Virus record (IMG/VR): IMGVR_UViG_3300037470_000141
Location: 1 to 42,042 of that record
Reading direction: 5' to 3' (one strand)
Length of the DNA: 42,042 bases
Origin: a virus
Taxonomy: Duplodnaviria > Caudoviricetes
The first letter of the stretch is position 1, and each line of letters begins with the position of its first letter. This document shows, in pieces, positions 8,387 to 16,687 of the stretch. The position numbers and the translations under genes were made by a program. A model generated the notes under the pieces. It saw nothing but the letters and a program-made list of their open reading frames with translations, did no database searches and was not told where the DNA came from.

Positions 8387-8667
8387 CCGACCTGCACACG
8401 AATGGCCGCGTCACCCACCCGGACAGAAGGACCCTGGCATCTGCCGAGGCCACGCAGATCCGGCTCGCATCCTACCTGCCCGACGACGTGGAGGACGGGT
8501 TGCGGGTGTGCGCGACGTCCACCCGGAACGAAGCCGACACGCGGACCGTGACGCAGTGGGACCGCTTCGTCCGGCTCGCTGAGCTGACATTCGCGGCGTA
8601 CCTCCTGGCCGCCGTGCTCGGGTTCCTGGTGCTGATCGCGGTCGGGTCGGGGGTGGTGGGGTCGTGA
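8383..8667 (+). CDS. Hypothetical protein with C-terminal TM helix
   Basis: GGAGG RBS; hydrophobic C-terminus. Confidence 0.6.
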   Translation: MTDLHTNGRVTHPDRRTLASAEATQIRLASYLPDDVEDGLRVCATSTRNEADTRTVTQWDRFVRLAELTFAAYLLAAVLGFLVLIAVGSGVVGS

Positions 8668-9557
8668 GCGAGGATCTCCGGGAGCGGGCGGCGGAAGCCC
8701 TGCGCGACTATCGGACGGCGATCGTGCGGCAGGCTTACGCGGTTGGGGATGCGAAGCGGCCGGAAGACGTAGGCGACTCGAACGAGCGGGCCCGGGTGGC
8801 CCACGACGCCATCCTCGCCTTGCTATCCGAGCCCGCCGAGGTCGTGGACGTGCTGAAAGTCGAGGGCTGGTTAAGCGAACCGGATCACAATGGTGTCCGC
8901 TACCTCTATCCCGAACCCACCGAATTGTGCGAGCCCGTCATTGTAGGCACGCATCCCTACGGCTCTCCCGCCCTGCTCTCCGCTCCCGAGCCCGCCACGG
9001 AAGCCAACTGCAGGGGCTCTAGAGTTCTCGGGACCGCGTGTGGCAAGTGCCCTCGGTGTCGAGAGTCCGCTCCCGAGCTAGACGAAGTCGCGGACGCTCC
9101 CGATCCCGCCGTCCGCGTCCCGGAGATCGGCTTCGCGGCACACGTGAACATGGTCGCAGAGGGCACGGCATCCGCGCATGGGTTCATCGCGACGTGGCTG
9201 CCTTGGCTGAGCGTCCCCGTCCCCACGGCAGCGGAGCCCGAGAGGGACGCGCTGGAGGAGGCGATCGACTGGGCCGTATTCGAGCTTCGGCCCGATGACA
9301 GTGACGACGGACTGAGACGCGACGACTGGCTCGGCATCCTCCTCAATGTCCTCAACGACGACGCCAACCGCGAACACTGGGACGCGCTCGCCGCCCCGGA
9401 CCCCGACGCCTTCATGATGATGCTCACCGAGTTGGGGCTCCTCCGCGACGGGCTACGCGAAGTCGTGAAGCTCAGGCTCCGCACCCTCGCCACCCCCGAA
9501 GCGCGAGCGCCTGCATGGGATACCGACAAATACCCAGGCGTGGAGGAGGAGCGATGA
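8664..9557 (+). CDS. Mosaic accessory protein
   Basis: Coupled ORF; repeated APEPA linkers; CRGS..LGTACGKCPRC module. Confidence 0.6.
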   Translation: MSEDLRERAAEALRDYRTAIVRQAYAVGDAKRPEDVGDSNERARVAHDAILALLSEPAEVVDVLKVEGWLSEPDHNGVRYLYPEPTELCEPVIVGTHPYGSPALLSAPEPATEANCRGSRVLGTACGKCPRCRESAPELDEVADAPDPAVRVPEIGFAAHVNMVAEGTASAHGFIATWLPWLSVPVPTAAEPERDALEEAIDWAVFELRPDDSDDGLRRDDWLGILLNVLNDDANREHWDALAAPDPDAFMMMLTELGLLRDGLREVVKLRLRTLATPEARAPAWDTDKYPGVEEER

Positions 9558-10570
9558 GCACCCCCGAGCGCCCCGACCGAGGAGACGCGCCGCGCGAGCG
9601 ACGGAGCGGACAGAGGCGCGAACCCGACTTCGGTGTCCACGGGCGCAAGAGCATCGCGATCGGCGAAAACATCCTCCGTGTGCGCGACCGGAAGGCGCCC
9701 GACCGTCGCCGCTCCCCCGAGGACGCCGAGTCGAATGAGGTCGTGAAAAAGGACGTACAGGCGCGCGTCCGCAAAATGGACCTGTGCGGCGCCATCTACA
9801 CCGACGGTTGGGGTGACGAGGTGATGTGCATCCTACCGGCACCGTGCGTGCGACACTCCCCCGAGGACGTGGAGCGCTGCCCGTCATGTGGCGGCCCGGC
9901 CACGAAGGTGATCGAGGTCTCACCGTTGAAGTGGGGCGAATGGCCGGAGGTCGAGGTCGAGCATCACGTCGTCAAATGTTCCGGCGACTGCGGGTCGTTC
10001 TACGAACCTGGTGGGTATGATGCGGGAACGTTCCGGGCGCTCCAGATCCTCCTTCGCGACCACGCCGTACCAATCTCCCCCGAGGACGTGCGAGGGGCCG
10101 ACGTGGGGGAGGCGCGGGAATCGCTCGCCGCCGAACTAGAGGGCGCACGCGACGCGATGATGGTCGACGAGGATTGGGAGCCGTCGTACACCGCTGACGT
10201 GATGACGCGAGCCGCTGCCGCGCTCCGCTCCCCCGAGCCCGCAGCCGAGCCCCGCTACACGCTCGCCGAGATGGAGCGCGCCATCGACGATGAGCCAGAG
10301 CTCCCCGACAACACGTACGCAACCCGCATGTTCGGAGCCTCCGAAGCTATGGAGAAGTTTTCCGAGGCACTCGCGCATATGGCGGGTGTGGCATTCGTGG
10401 AGGGCAAGGACGACCACGCGGTGCTGCTGCGTTCGCTCTCGGAACAGGCGATCAAAGAGGCGGAATTCTACGCCAAGCAGGGTCGTAAACGCACAGAATC
10501 CTACCGCGCCAAACAGGAAGCTATCGCCCGCGCCATATCCGAGGGGACGGGAGGGGCAGATGATGCCTGA
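9554..10570 (+). CDS. Mosaic accessory protein with Zn-ribbon module
   Basis: GGAGGAGGAG RBS; repeated SPED linkers; CPSCGG...CSGDCG. Confidence 0.6.
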   Translation: MSTPERPDRGDAPRERRSGQRREPDFGVHGRKSIAIGENILRVRDRKAPDRRRSPEDAESNEVVKKDVQARVRKMDLCGAIYTDGWGDEVMCILPAPCVRHSPEDVERCPSCGGPATKVIEVSPLKWGEWPEVEVEHHVVKCSGDCGSFYEPGGYDAGTFRALQILLRDHAVPISPEDVRGADVGEARESLAAELEGARDAMMVDEDWEPSYTADVMTRAAAALRSPEPAAEPRYTLAEMERAIDDEPELPDNTYATRMFGASEAMEKFSEALAHMAGVAFVEGKDDHAVLLRSLSEQAIKEAEFYAKQGRKRTESYRAKQEAIARAISEGTGGADDA

Positions 10571-10724
10571 CTTGTGGCCCCTGGTCCTGTTCGGTTTAGC
10601 GCGGCTAGAGGTACGCGAGACCTACCGCCACAACATGATTTCACGCTGGCTGCGTGGGCGATTTTGTGAGCCTGTGACCGTAGTGGTGCCAAGTGTTAAG
10701 GGGACGGGAGGGAACGAGCCGTGA
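10560..10724 (+). CDS. Small hypothetical protein
   Basis: GGAGG RBS before ATGATG; coupled to next gene. Confidence 0.4.
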   Translation: MMPDLWPLVLFGLARLEVRETYRHNMISRWLRGRFCEPVTVVVPSVKGTGGNEP

Positions 10725-11074
10725 TCGTGCGTCCCTGCCAGCACTGCCCGTTCACGCCGGAGACGCGCGGCTTCCTGCGGCCGGGACGCGTGCGGGAGAT
10801 TGTCGGGGGGCTGAGCCGCGGTGGACGCTTCCCATGCCACAAGACCGTGGACTACGGCGAGGACGGTGATGGCAACCCAGACAGCGGCTCCTTCTGCGCG
10901 GGTGCGCTGCTGTTCATGGAGCGCACGTTCAGGGGCGGCGCGTACTCGAACCAGATGGTGCGGATCGAGGAACGGTTCGGTGGCCTCGATCTCGACCGAA
11001 TCGACACCGACGCGGAATCGTTCCGATCGTTGCGTGAGATGATCGCACACCACGCGGCCGGAGACGAGCCGTGA
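10721..11074 (+). CDS. Cys-rich conserved phage protein (PCxxCPF...FxCHKT...CAGA)
   Basis: Motif pattern; coupled ORF. Confidence 0.65.
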   Translation: MIVRPCQHCPFTPETRGFLRPGRVREIVGGLSRGGRFPCHKTVDYGEDGDGNPDSGSFCAGALLFMERTFRGGAYSNQMVRIEERFGGLDLDRIDTDAESFRSLREMIAHHAAGDEP

Positions 11075-11364
11075 GCCGGGCCTCCCGCTCCAACCGCGCC
11101 GAGTGGCTCGCCCGCACCGGGCAGCCACCAAAGCCTGTACGGACGAACCCCCGACACGCCAGGCCCCCCAGGACAGCTACCCCGGTCGACCCCGAGTACG
11201 AGCGCCTCCACCTGCGCTGCCCGATCTGCGGGGAGGTGATGTCGAGTCCTGACCACCGACCCTATCACCTGGCGCTCGAGCACGGCTGGCGGCTCCCACG
11301 GGAGTTCGGCGAGACGGTCCGCGGGATCTTCGACGAGTACACCCGGTCGCGGAGGGTGTCATGA
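11071..11364 (+). CDS. Zn-finger (C2H2-like) protein
   Basis: CPICG...H....H. Confidence 0.55.
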   Translation: MSRASRSNRAEWLARTGQPPKPVRTNPRHARPPRTATPVDPEYERLHLRCPICGEVMSSPDHRPYHLALEHGWRLPREFGETVRGIFDEYTRSRRVS

Positions 11365-11395
11365 GCCGGGACCCCAACCCACAAGGAGGTGAGAG

Positions 11396-11854
11396 GTGAA
11401 AACGACAATTCACACGGCCACGGTCGAGTCGCTGACGTGCTCGAGCTGCGGAATCGTGTACGGCCTGGAAAGCACGTATCGAGCGAGCCGCCGCAACGAT
11501 CACAAGACGTTCTGGTGCCCGAACGGGCACGGACAGCACTACCCCGGCAAGACGGACCAAGAGAGGGCCATCCACGAGCTCGAGATCGAGAAGGCGAGGC
11601 TCATCCGCGAGAACCGCGGGCTGGTGGCCGCCGACGAGGCCCTGTCCATGGACGTGAGAGAGGCTCGCGGCCGCGCCGTGCGCTACCTGAGCAACCGTGC
11701 CCTCCGGGGCGCGTTCTGGCGCGGGCACGAGGACAGGAACTGCGGACGTGAGGTCGGATGCTGCCCCTACGAGACGGGCCGTGGTGGGTTCCGGCGCGCG
11801 TGGTTCGACGGCTTCGGTGCGGACGACCCGGAGCACGCGACCGTCAATGACTGA
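11396..11854 (+). CDS. Zn-ribbon/coiled-coil protein with C-terminal Rmf-like motif
   Basis: AAGGAGGT RBS; CSSCG...CPNGH; AFWRG...CPY...RRAWFDGF. Confidence 0.7.
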   Translation: MKTTIHTATVESLTCSSCGIVYGLESTYRASRRNDHKTFWCPNGHGQHYPGKTDQERAIHELEIEKARLIRENRGLVAADEALSMDVREARGRAVRYLSNRALRGAFWRGHEDRNCGREVGCCPYETGRGGFRRAWFDGFGADDPEHATVND

Positions 11855-11944
11855 GCCCACCGCTACCCTCCCCCGCGCCCCACCCCCACGAGCGTGAGCC
11901 CCGAGAGATCGCCCACGTCCACCACCTAGCCGGCAACCGAGAGA

Positions 11945-12160
11945 ATGTTACGCCACCTGAGCGACGTCATCACCGACATTCTCGCGGATCCTGAGATCAC
12001 CGACGATGCGCGTGAGGCGATCGAGGAGGGCGTGTTCCGGCCGCACCGACACTGCCCGTGCGTGCGCTGCATGAGGGCGTACCTGGCGAGCGTGGAGGCG
12101 GCCAAGGTGGAGCCGGTGAGGCCACGCCAGCCGACGGGGGCGACGGGTCGAGATGCATGA
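11945..12160 (+). CDS. Hypothetical protein (HCPCVRC)
   Basis: ORF overlapping the replication gene start. Confidence 0.45.
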   Translation: MLRHLSDVITDILADPEITDDAREAIEEGVFRPHRHCPCVRCMRAYLASVEAAKVEPVRPRQPTGATGRDA

Positions 12161-12833
12161 GCGCTGGACCCCGATCTACGACCGGATGTTCGATCCCGAC
12201 CATGAGCTCGCCAAGAACGACTCAGCATGCCAGCGGTGGGCGTTCATGGACCTATGTCACATGGCGCAATGGAGGGACGGCCAGAGGGTGGCCGGCGGGA
12301 ACGTGGTGAAGCTCGAGCGTGGATGTTTCTTGGCGTCGGTGCGCTTCCTAGCCAAGCGGTGGAAGTGGCCGAAGACTCGCGTGGAACGATTCCTCAGGGC
12401 ACTCCAGCATCCCGACATCACGAAAATCGAGCGCGTGAAAACCGGGACAGCAAACGGGACAGTCTATCGCATTGTCAATTATGACACTTACGCCAATCCC
12501 AGGGACAGCAAACGGGACGATCTTGGGACGATCTTGGGACAAAGAACAACAAGTACAGCAGGTACAGAAGAAGAAAAGAAGCGCGCGAAACCGAAGAAGC
12601 ACCCCATCCCCGACGACTGGACCCCACAAGAGTCCCACGCCGACAAAGCCCAAGCCGAGCGCGTTGACCTGAACCGAGAAGCCGAACGGTTCCGTCACCA
12701 CCACGCCGCTAAGGGCTCGACGTACGTGGACTGGGACCGGGCTTTCCACACGTGGCTGATGCGTGCTCACGACTTCGGCAACCACACCACCACCGACAGC
12801 AAACCACCACCGCAGGGGGCGGGCTTTTACTGA
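12153..12833 (+). CDS. Phage replication initiator (N-terminal wHTH, DnaT-like C-terminus)
   Basis: LERG.FLASVRFLAKRWKW...VERFL, IVNYDTY; PDDWTP...F..HH.AKG....DWDRAFHTW; internal iterons; upstream of helicase. Confidence 0.8.
   Translation: MHERWTPIYDRMFDPDHELAKNDSACQRWAFMDLCHMAQWRDGQRVAGGNVVKLERGCFLASVRFLAKRWKWPKTRVERFLRALQHPDITKIERVKTGTANGTVYRIVNYDTYANPRDSKRDDLGTILGQRTTSTAGTEEEKKRAKPKKHPIPDDWTPQESHADKAQAERVDLNREAERFRHHHAAKGSTYVDWDRAFHTWLMRAHDFGNHTTTDSKPPPQGAGFY
12444..12580. repeat. Putative replication origin: six GGGAC iterons plus A-rich tract
   Basis: GGGAC at 12444, 12456, 12502, 12514, 12525, 12536, then AAAGAACAAC...AAGAAGAAAAGAA. Confidence 0.75.
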
Positions 12834-13795
12834 TGACGTGGCTGAACGTGGCCTCGAGCGAGGCCGCACGGCTGATCGACGAGCGGATGCGCACCGACAA
12901 GCAGCTCACCAGCACGGGGCTGCCGTCGATCGACCGCGCGATGTTCCTGTGGGGCGACCGGCGGGGCATCCCGCAGGGCTCGTACGTGCTCGTGGGTGGA
13001 GCGTCGAACGTGGGCAAGACCCTGTTCGGCCTGCACCTGCTGATGCAGGCCGCCAAGGGGGGGCAACGTGCCGGCCTGGTGTCGCTCGACATGAAGAACC
13101 GCGACGCGATCGCCCGTCTCCACCAAGCGATGGTGCCGGCGATCCCGCTCGGCGAGTGGCGCCCGAGCCGCTGGACGGAGGAGCACGGGCTACGCCTGAC
13201 CGACGGGCTCGCTCGCTACCTCGATCGCCTCACTCGCATGGCACCAGACAGGCCGGAGAAGTGGGGAGACGTCGCGATCCACGAAGGCCGATCTAGGGAC
13301 CTAAGCGCGGTCGCCGAGCGCATCCGGGAAGGCGCCGAAGTCGGGTTCACGTTCTTCGTCGTCGACCACCTGCAGAAGATCCGGGTTTCCACCCTGCGCG
13401 GTGACGTATACGCGACCGCCGACGTGGTGAGCGAGACGCTCGATGACCTGGTGGACGAGCTCGACGTGACGATCGTGGGCCTCTCGCAGCTCAACCGGCT
13501 GGCGAGCCGCGAGACGACACGACGCCCGACGATGTTCGACCTGCACGGCGGTACGAGCATGGAATCAAACGCCGCTGTCGTGCTGATGCTCGATCATTCG
13601 CGGGCGCAGATGGACACCAGGCGTCACAACCTGATTCGGACCTACGTGCTCCTCGAGAAGAACCAGATCGGCCCGAAAGCTATCCAAGCGCCGGTCCTCG
13701 TAGACGCGGCCACGCTCACGGTCACCGAAGCGATGCCCGACGAGGAGCACCTATGGCCGACGGCGCAGCTTCAAACGAAGCGGGGCGCCGCATGA
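12833..13795 (+). CDS. DnaB-like replicative helicase (C-terminal domain only)
   Basis: STGLPSID, Walker A GASNVGKT, VVDHLQ, LSQLNR, RPTMFDL. Confidence 0.88.
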   Translation: MTWLNVASSEAARLIDERMRTDKQLTSTGLPSIDRAMFLWGDRRGIPQGSYVLVGGASNVGKTLFGLHLLMQAAKGGQRAGLVSLDMKNRDAIARLHQAMVPAIPLGEWRPSRWTEEHGLRLTDGLARYLDRLTRMAPDRPEKWGDVAIHEGRSRDLSAVAERIREGAEVGFTFFVVDHLQKIRVSTLRGDVYATADVVSETLDDLVDELDVTIVGLSQLNRLASRETTRRPTMFDLHGGTSMESNAAVVLMLDHSRAQMDTRRHNLIRTYVLLEKNQIGPKAIQAPVLVDAATLTVTEAMPDEEHLWPTAQLQTKRGAA

Positions 13796-14073
13796 GCGTT
13801 GACCAGCGCACCGTCAACAGCGTAGCTTTGCGGGACAGCAGCACTAGTGCCCAAGTGGCCCCTCTCTCGGCAGCGAACCGGGACGAGGGGCCTTTGTCTT
13901 CAGGAGGGCCGATAGCATGCGCCGAATGTGGGCATCTCGTGGGCGGCACAGCGGCTGACGTGCGCCTGCTCCCCTGCACTCGATCGAGCTACACCGAGCT
14001 CCGGCCCGGCGAGCACGGCGCATGGTGTCATCGGTGCAAGCGATTGACGGTGTATATCGTGGAGGCGGCGTAG
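13792..14073 (+). CDS. Zn-ribbon protein, Mu Com-like (start uncertain)
   Basis: CAECGHLV...WCHRCKRL; located before terminase. Confidence 0.5.
   Translation: MSVDQRTVNSVALRDSSTSAQVAPLSAANRDEGPLSSGGPIACAECGHLVGGTAADVRLLPCTRSSYTELRPGEHGAWCHRCKRLTVYIVEAA
13799..13828 (+). promoter_or_regulatory. Putative sigma70 late promoter
   Basis: TTGACC-18 nt-TAGCTT immediately after the helicase stop. Confidence 0.5.
13857..13900 (+). terminator. Intrinsic terminator-like hairpin
   Basis: GGCCCCTC-TCTCGG/CCGGGA-C-GAGGGGCC followed by TTTGTCTT. Confidence 0.6.
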
Positions 14074-14489
14074 ATGAGACGAAGCGCATTCCTGAAGCGC
14101 ATGGCGTTCGCTGCGATGGCGTGCGCGTTCATCGACGTGCCGAAGCTCGGGGCGATCGAGACGGGTCCGTTCATGGGATTCAGCGCTGTCGCGGACGACG
14201 ACGCGCCGTGGATTCAAGCACGGATCGATGCGTCTCCCGGCGGGCATGTTACCCTGCCCCCCGGCGATTACGTGCTCGGCACCACCGTCCACGTGCCCGA
14301 GGATGTGGCACTCGATTGGTGCGACAGCAGGATCACCTTCAGCGGTGACGATGGTCCCGCCCTGTACTTCCATGGCCAACCACACCCCAAGACACGGATC
14401 CACGGCAACGTGCTCGACGGCGGATACCTGTTCCACGGGATTCGGACGCCCGCACCTCTCAGGCTCGCATGACCGTGGAGGCGGCGTAG
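14058..14489. repeat. 16-bp direct repeat CGTGGAGGCGGCGTAG (14058-14073 and 14474-14489)
   Basis: Exact copies bracketing the 14074-14472 gene. Confidence 0.85.
14074..14472 (+). CDS. Twin-arginine-signal protein with beta-helix N-terminal motif
   Basis: MRRSAFLK + hydrophobic helix; DDAPWIQARID...VTLPPGDY. Confidence 0.6.
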   Translation: MRRSAFLKRMAFAAMACAFIDVPKLGAIETGPFMGFSAVADDDAPWIQARIDASPGGHVTLPPGDYVLGTTVHVPEDVALDWCDSRITFSGDDGPALYFHGQPHPKTRIHGNVLDGGYLFHGIRTPAPLRLA

Positions 14490-14490
14490 G

Positions 14491-15021
14491 GTGGCGAAGA
14501 AGCGCGGACGTGGCCGACCCACGAAGTACACGCCCGAGATCGCCGACGAGATCTGCGCGAGACTCGCTGAGGGTGAGAGCCTGAACCGGATCTGTGCCGC
14601 CGACCGGATGCCCCAGGAGTCGACGGTACGCCATTGGGCGCTCGAAGATCGCGAGGGCTTTTTTGCGAAATACGCGCAAGCTCGGCTCCTCCAAGCGCAG
14701 CTGATGTTCGACGATATGCTCGTGATCGCCGACGACGGAACGAACGACACCTACGTCGACGATGAGGGCAACGAACGCACCGACCACGACGTGATCGCGC
14801 GCTCCAAGCTCCGGATCGACACCCGCAAGTGGTGGCTCGCCCGCGTCGCCCCGAAGTTCTACGGCGACCGTATCAGCCACGAGCTCACCGGCAAGGACGG
14901 CGGGCCGATCGAGACGCGGGAGCTGTCGGACGAGGAAGTCACGAAGAGACTCACGGACGTGCGTAACCGCCTGGTCGCTTTGGCCGGCGCCCCGTCCACG
15001 AACGGGCGCAACGGGCACTGA
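14491..15021 (+). CDS. terS: Terminase small subunit
   Basis: GRPTKYTPEIADEICARLAEGESL..IC, RSKLRIDTRKW, TGKDGGPIE. Confidence 0.92.
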   Translation: MAKKRGRGRPTKYTPEIADEICARLAEGESLNRICAADRMPQESTVRHWALEDREGFFAKYAQARLLQAQLMFDDMLVIADDGTNDTYVDDEGNERTDHDVIARSKLRIDTRKWWLARVAPKFYGDRISHELTGKDGGPIETRELSDEEVTKRLTDVRNRLVALAGAPSTNGRNGH

Positions 15022-15023
15022 GT

Positions 15024-16454
15024 GTGCTGGCGATCCTGATGGCGAGCGCGGTCGCTCTGCTTGCCGAAGCCGAAGCGCTGTCCTGGGAAGCTGAGCGCCG
15101 TGGGCTGATCACTCCGGACTTCGGTGCCTGGATGACGCGAGCCCGACCGGGATTCAGTTGGGACGCCCGCCACTTCAGGGTGATGCAGCAGACCCTCGAC
15201 GCCGTGACATCCAGTGATGTCGACCGAGTCGTGTTCCAGGTGCCGATCCGGCACGGCAAGAGCGAGCACAACACGATCAGCTACCCGGTCTACCGGCTGG
15301 AGAAGGACCCTTCGGAGCGCGTGCTCGTCATCAGCCACAAGGACGGCCAGGCCCTGAAGTTCAGCCGTCAGATCCGCAGGCTCGCGAGAGCGAGGGGCGT
15401 GGATATGTCGTCGGAGCGAGACGCGGCCGGCGAGTGGGAGACATCTGCCGGCGGTGGAGTGACCGCGCTCGGCCTCGGGGCGGGGACCGCTTCGCTGAAC
15501 GCTGGCCTGATCGTGATCGACGACCCGATCGGTAAGCGTGCTGACGCCGAAAGCGAGGCGATGCGTGAGGCCGCATGGGACGCGCTGACGAATGACGTGC
15601 TCGCCCGAGCGAGTCCGGGCACGTCGGTAATTCTCACCATGTCGCGCTGGCACATGGACGACGTGGTGGGGCGCATCCGGGACGGGCGCGCTGGCCGCTG
15701 GCACTTTGTCGACCTACCGGGCCTCGCCGAAGACGACGACCCGCTCGGGCGCCTTCCCGGTGAGCCTTTGTGGGATAGGCTCGGCCGCGAGTTCATGGAT
15801 CAGAAGCTAGCCGAGCTCGGATCGTACGGGTTCGCATCGCTCATCCAGGGTCGGCCGTCTCCTCGCGGCGGTGGGATGTTCCGGTGGGACTGGTGGGGGC
15901 TGATCGTTGGCGTCCCCGCAGTTGGCCCGATGGTGCGCTACTGGGACCTGGCGGGCACCGATGTCACGGGCTCCAACGACCCGGACTACACGGCTGGCGC
16001 GTTGGCCTGTCGGATGATCGACGGCCGTACGGCGATCGTCGATGTAGAGCGCTTCCGCCTGTCGGTGGCTGCCCGTGACGCGCGGATCCTACAGGTGGCC
16101 AGAAGCGACCTGGAGACGTACGGCGGGCGTGTGACGTGGTGGTTCGAGGCCGAGGTAGGGATCGCGGGCACCGAGCGGACGGGTTCGCTCGTGAGGCGCG
16201 TGCAGAACATCGGGCTGGCATGCTACACGGAGCGACCGACGGGCAAGAAGGAGATCCGCGCCGAACCGCTCGCGTCGAAGGCCGAGGCCGGCAACGTCGT
16301 GCTCTGCCCCGGTGGGTGGCGCGACGACTTCCGGCTCGAAGCCGCCCAGTTCCCGACCGGCTCGCACGACGACCAGGTCGACGCCGCGGTAGGTGCCGAC
16401 GCCAAGCTCTCCGTGCCCGCTCCGTCCGTCCGATTCAGCTCGGTGAGCGCATGA
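15024..16454 (+). CDS. terL: Terminase large subunit (start may be 15039)
   Basis: Walker A PIRHGKS, Walker B IVIDDP, RWHMDD, YWDLA, FPTGSHDDQVDA. Confidence 0.95.
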   Translation: MLAILMASAVALLAEAEALSWEAERRGLITPDFGAWMTRARPGFSWDARHFRVMQQTLDAVTSSDVDRVVFQVPIRHGKSEHNTISYPVYRLEKDPSERVLVISHKDGQALKFSRQIRRLARARGVDMSSERDAAGEWETSAGGGVTALGLGAGTASLNAGLIVIDDPIGKRADAESEAMREAAWDALTNDVLARASPGTSVILTMSRWHMDDVVGRIRDGRAGRWHFVDLPGLAEDDDPLGRLPGEPLWDRLGREFMDQKLAELGSYGFASLIQGRPSPRGGGMFRWDWWGLIVGVPAVGPMVRYWDLAGTDVTGSNDPDYTAGALACRMIDGRTAIVDVERFRLSVAARDARILQVARSDLETYGGRVTWWFEAEVGIAGTERTGSLVRRVQNIGLACYTERPTGKKEIRAEPLASKAEAGNVVLCPGGWRDDFRLEAAQFPTGSHDDQVDAAVGADAKLSVPAPSVRFSSVSA

Positions 16455-16687
16455 GCATCGATACCACGTGCCCTGGGTGCGGTATCCGCTGGCTCAAGGG
16501 CGAGACGGAGCTACTACCGGAGCCTGGTGACGTGACGATCTGCGTCGGCTGCGGCCGGGTGCTCAGGTTCCGCCGCGGGATGTTCGGTGGCGAGCTCATG
16601 CTCGAGCGGCTCTCTGAGCGTGACGAGCGGGCGCTCAGGCGTGCGGTACGCGAGCGACTCCGTGACCTTCGGCCGGCCGACTCATGA
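16451..16687 (+). CDS. Small Zn-ribbon protein between terL and portal
   Basis: CPGCG...PEPGDVTICVGCG; ATGA-coupled at both ends. Confidence 0.6.
   Translation: MSIDTTCPGCGIRWLKGETELLPEPGDVTICVGCGRVLRFRRGMFGGELMLERLSERDERALRRAVRERLRDLRPADS

Noticed and set aside
8826-10242. CRISPR or mini-array
   Set aside because: Repeats are short, degenerate, irregularly spaced and in frame within ORFs; no cas genes
1-13795. CI/Cro immunity region
   Set aside because: No HTH repressor or divergent gene pair recognised; probably outside the window, so its absence is not claimed as a finding
14044-14072. Promoter from TTGACG at 14044
   Set aside because: No acceptable -10 element at 16-18 bp spacing
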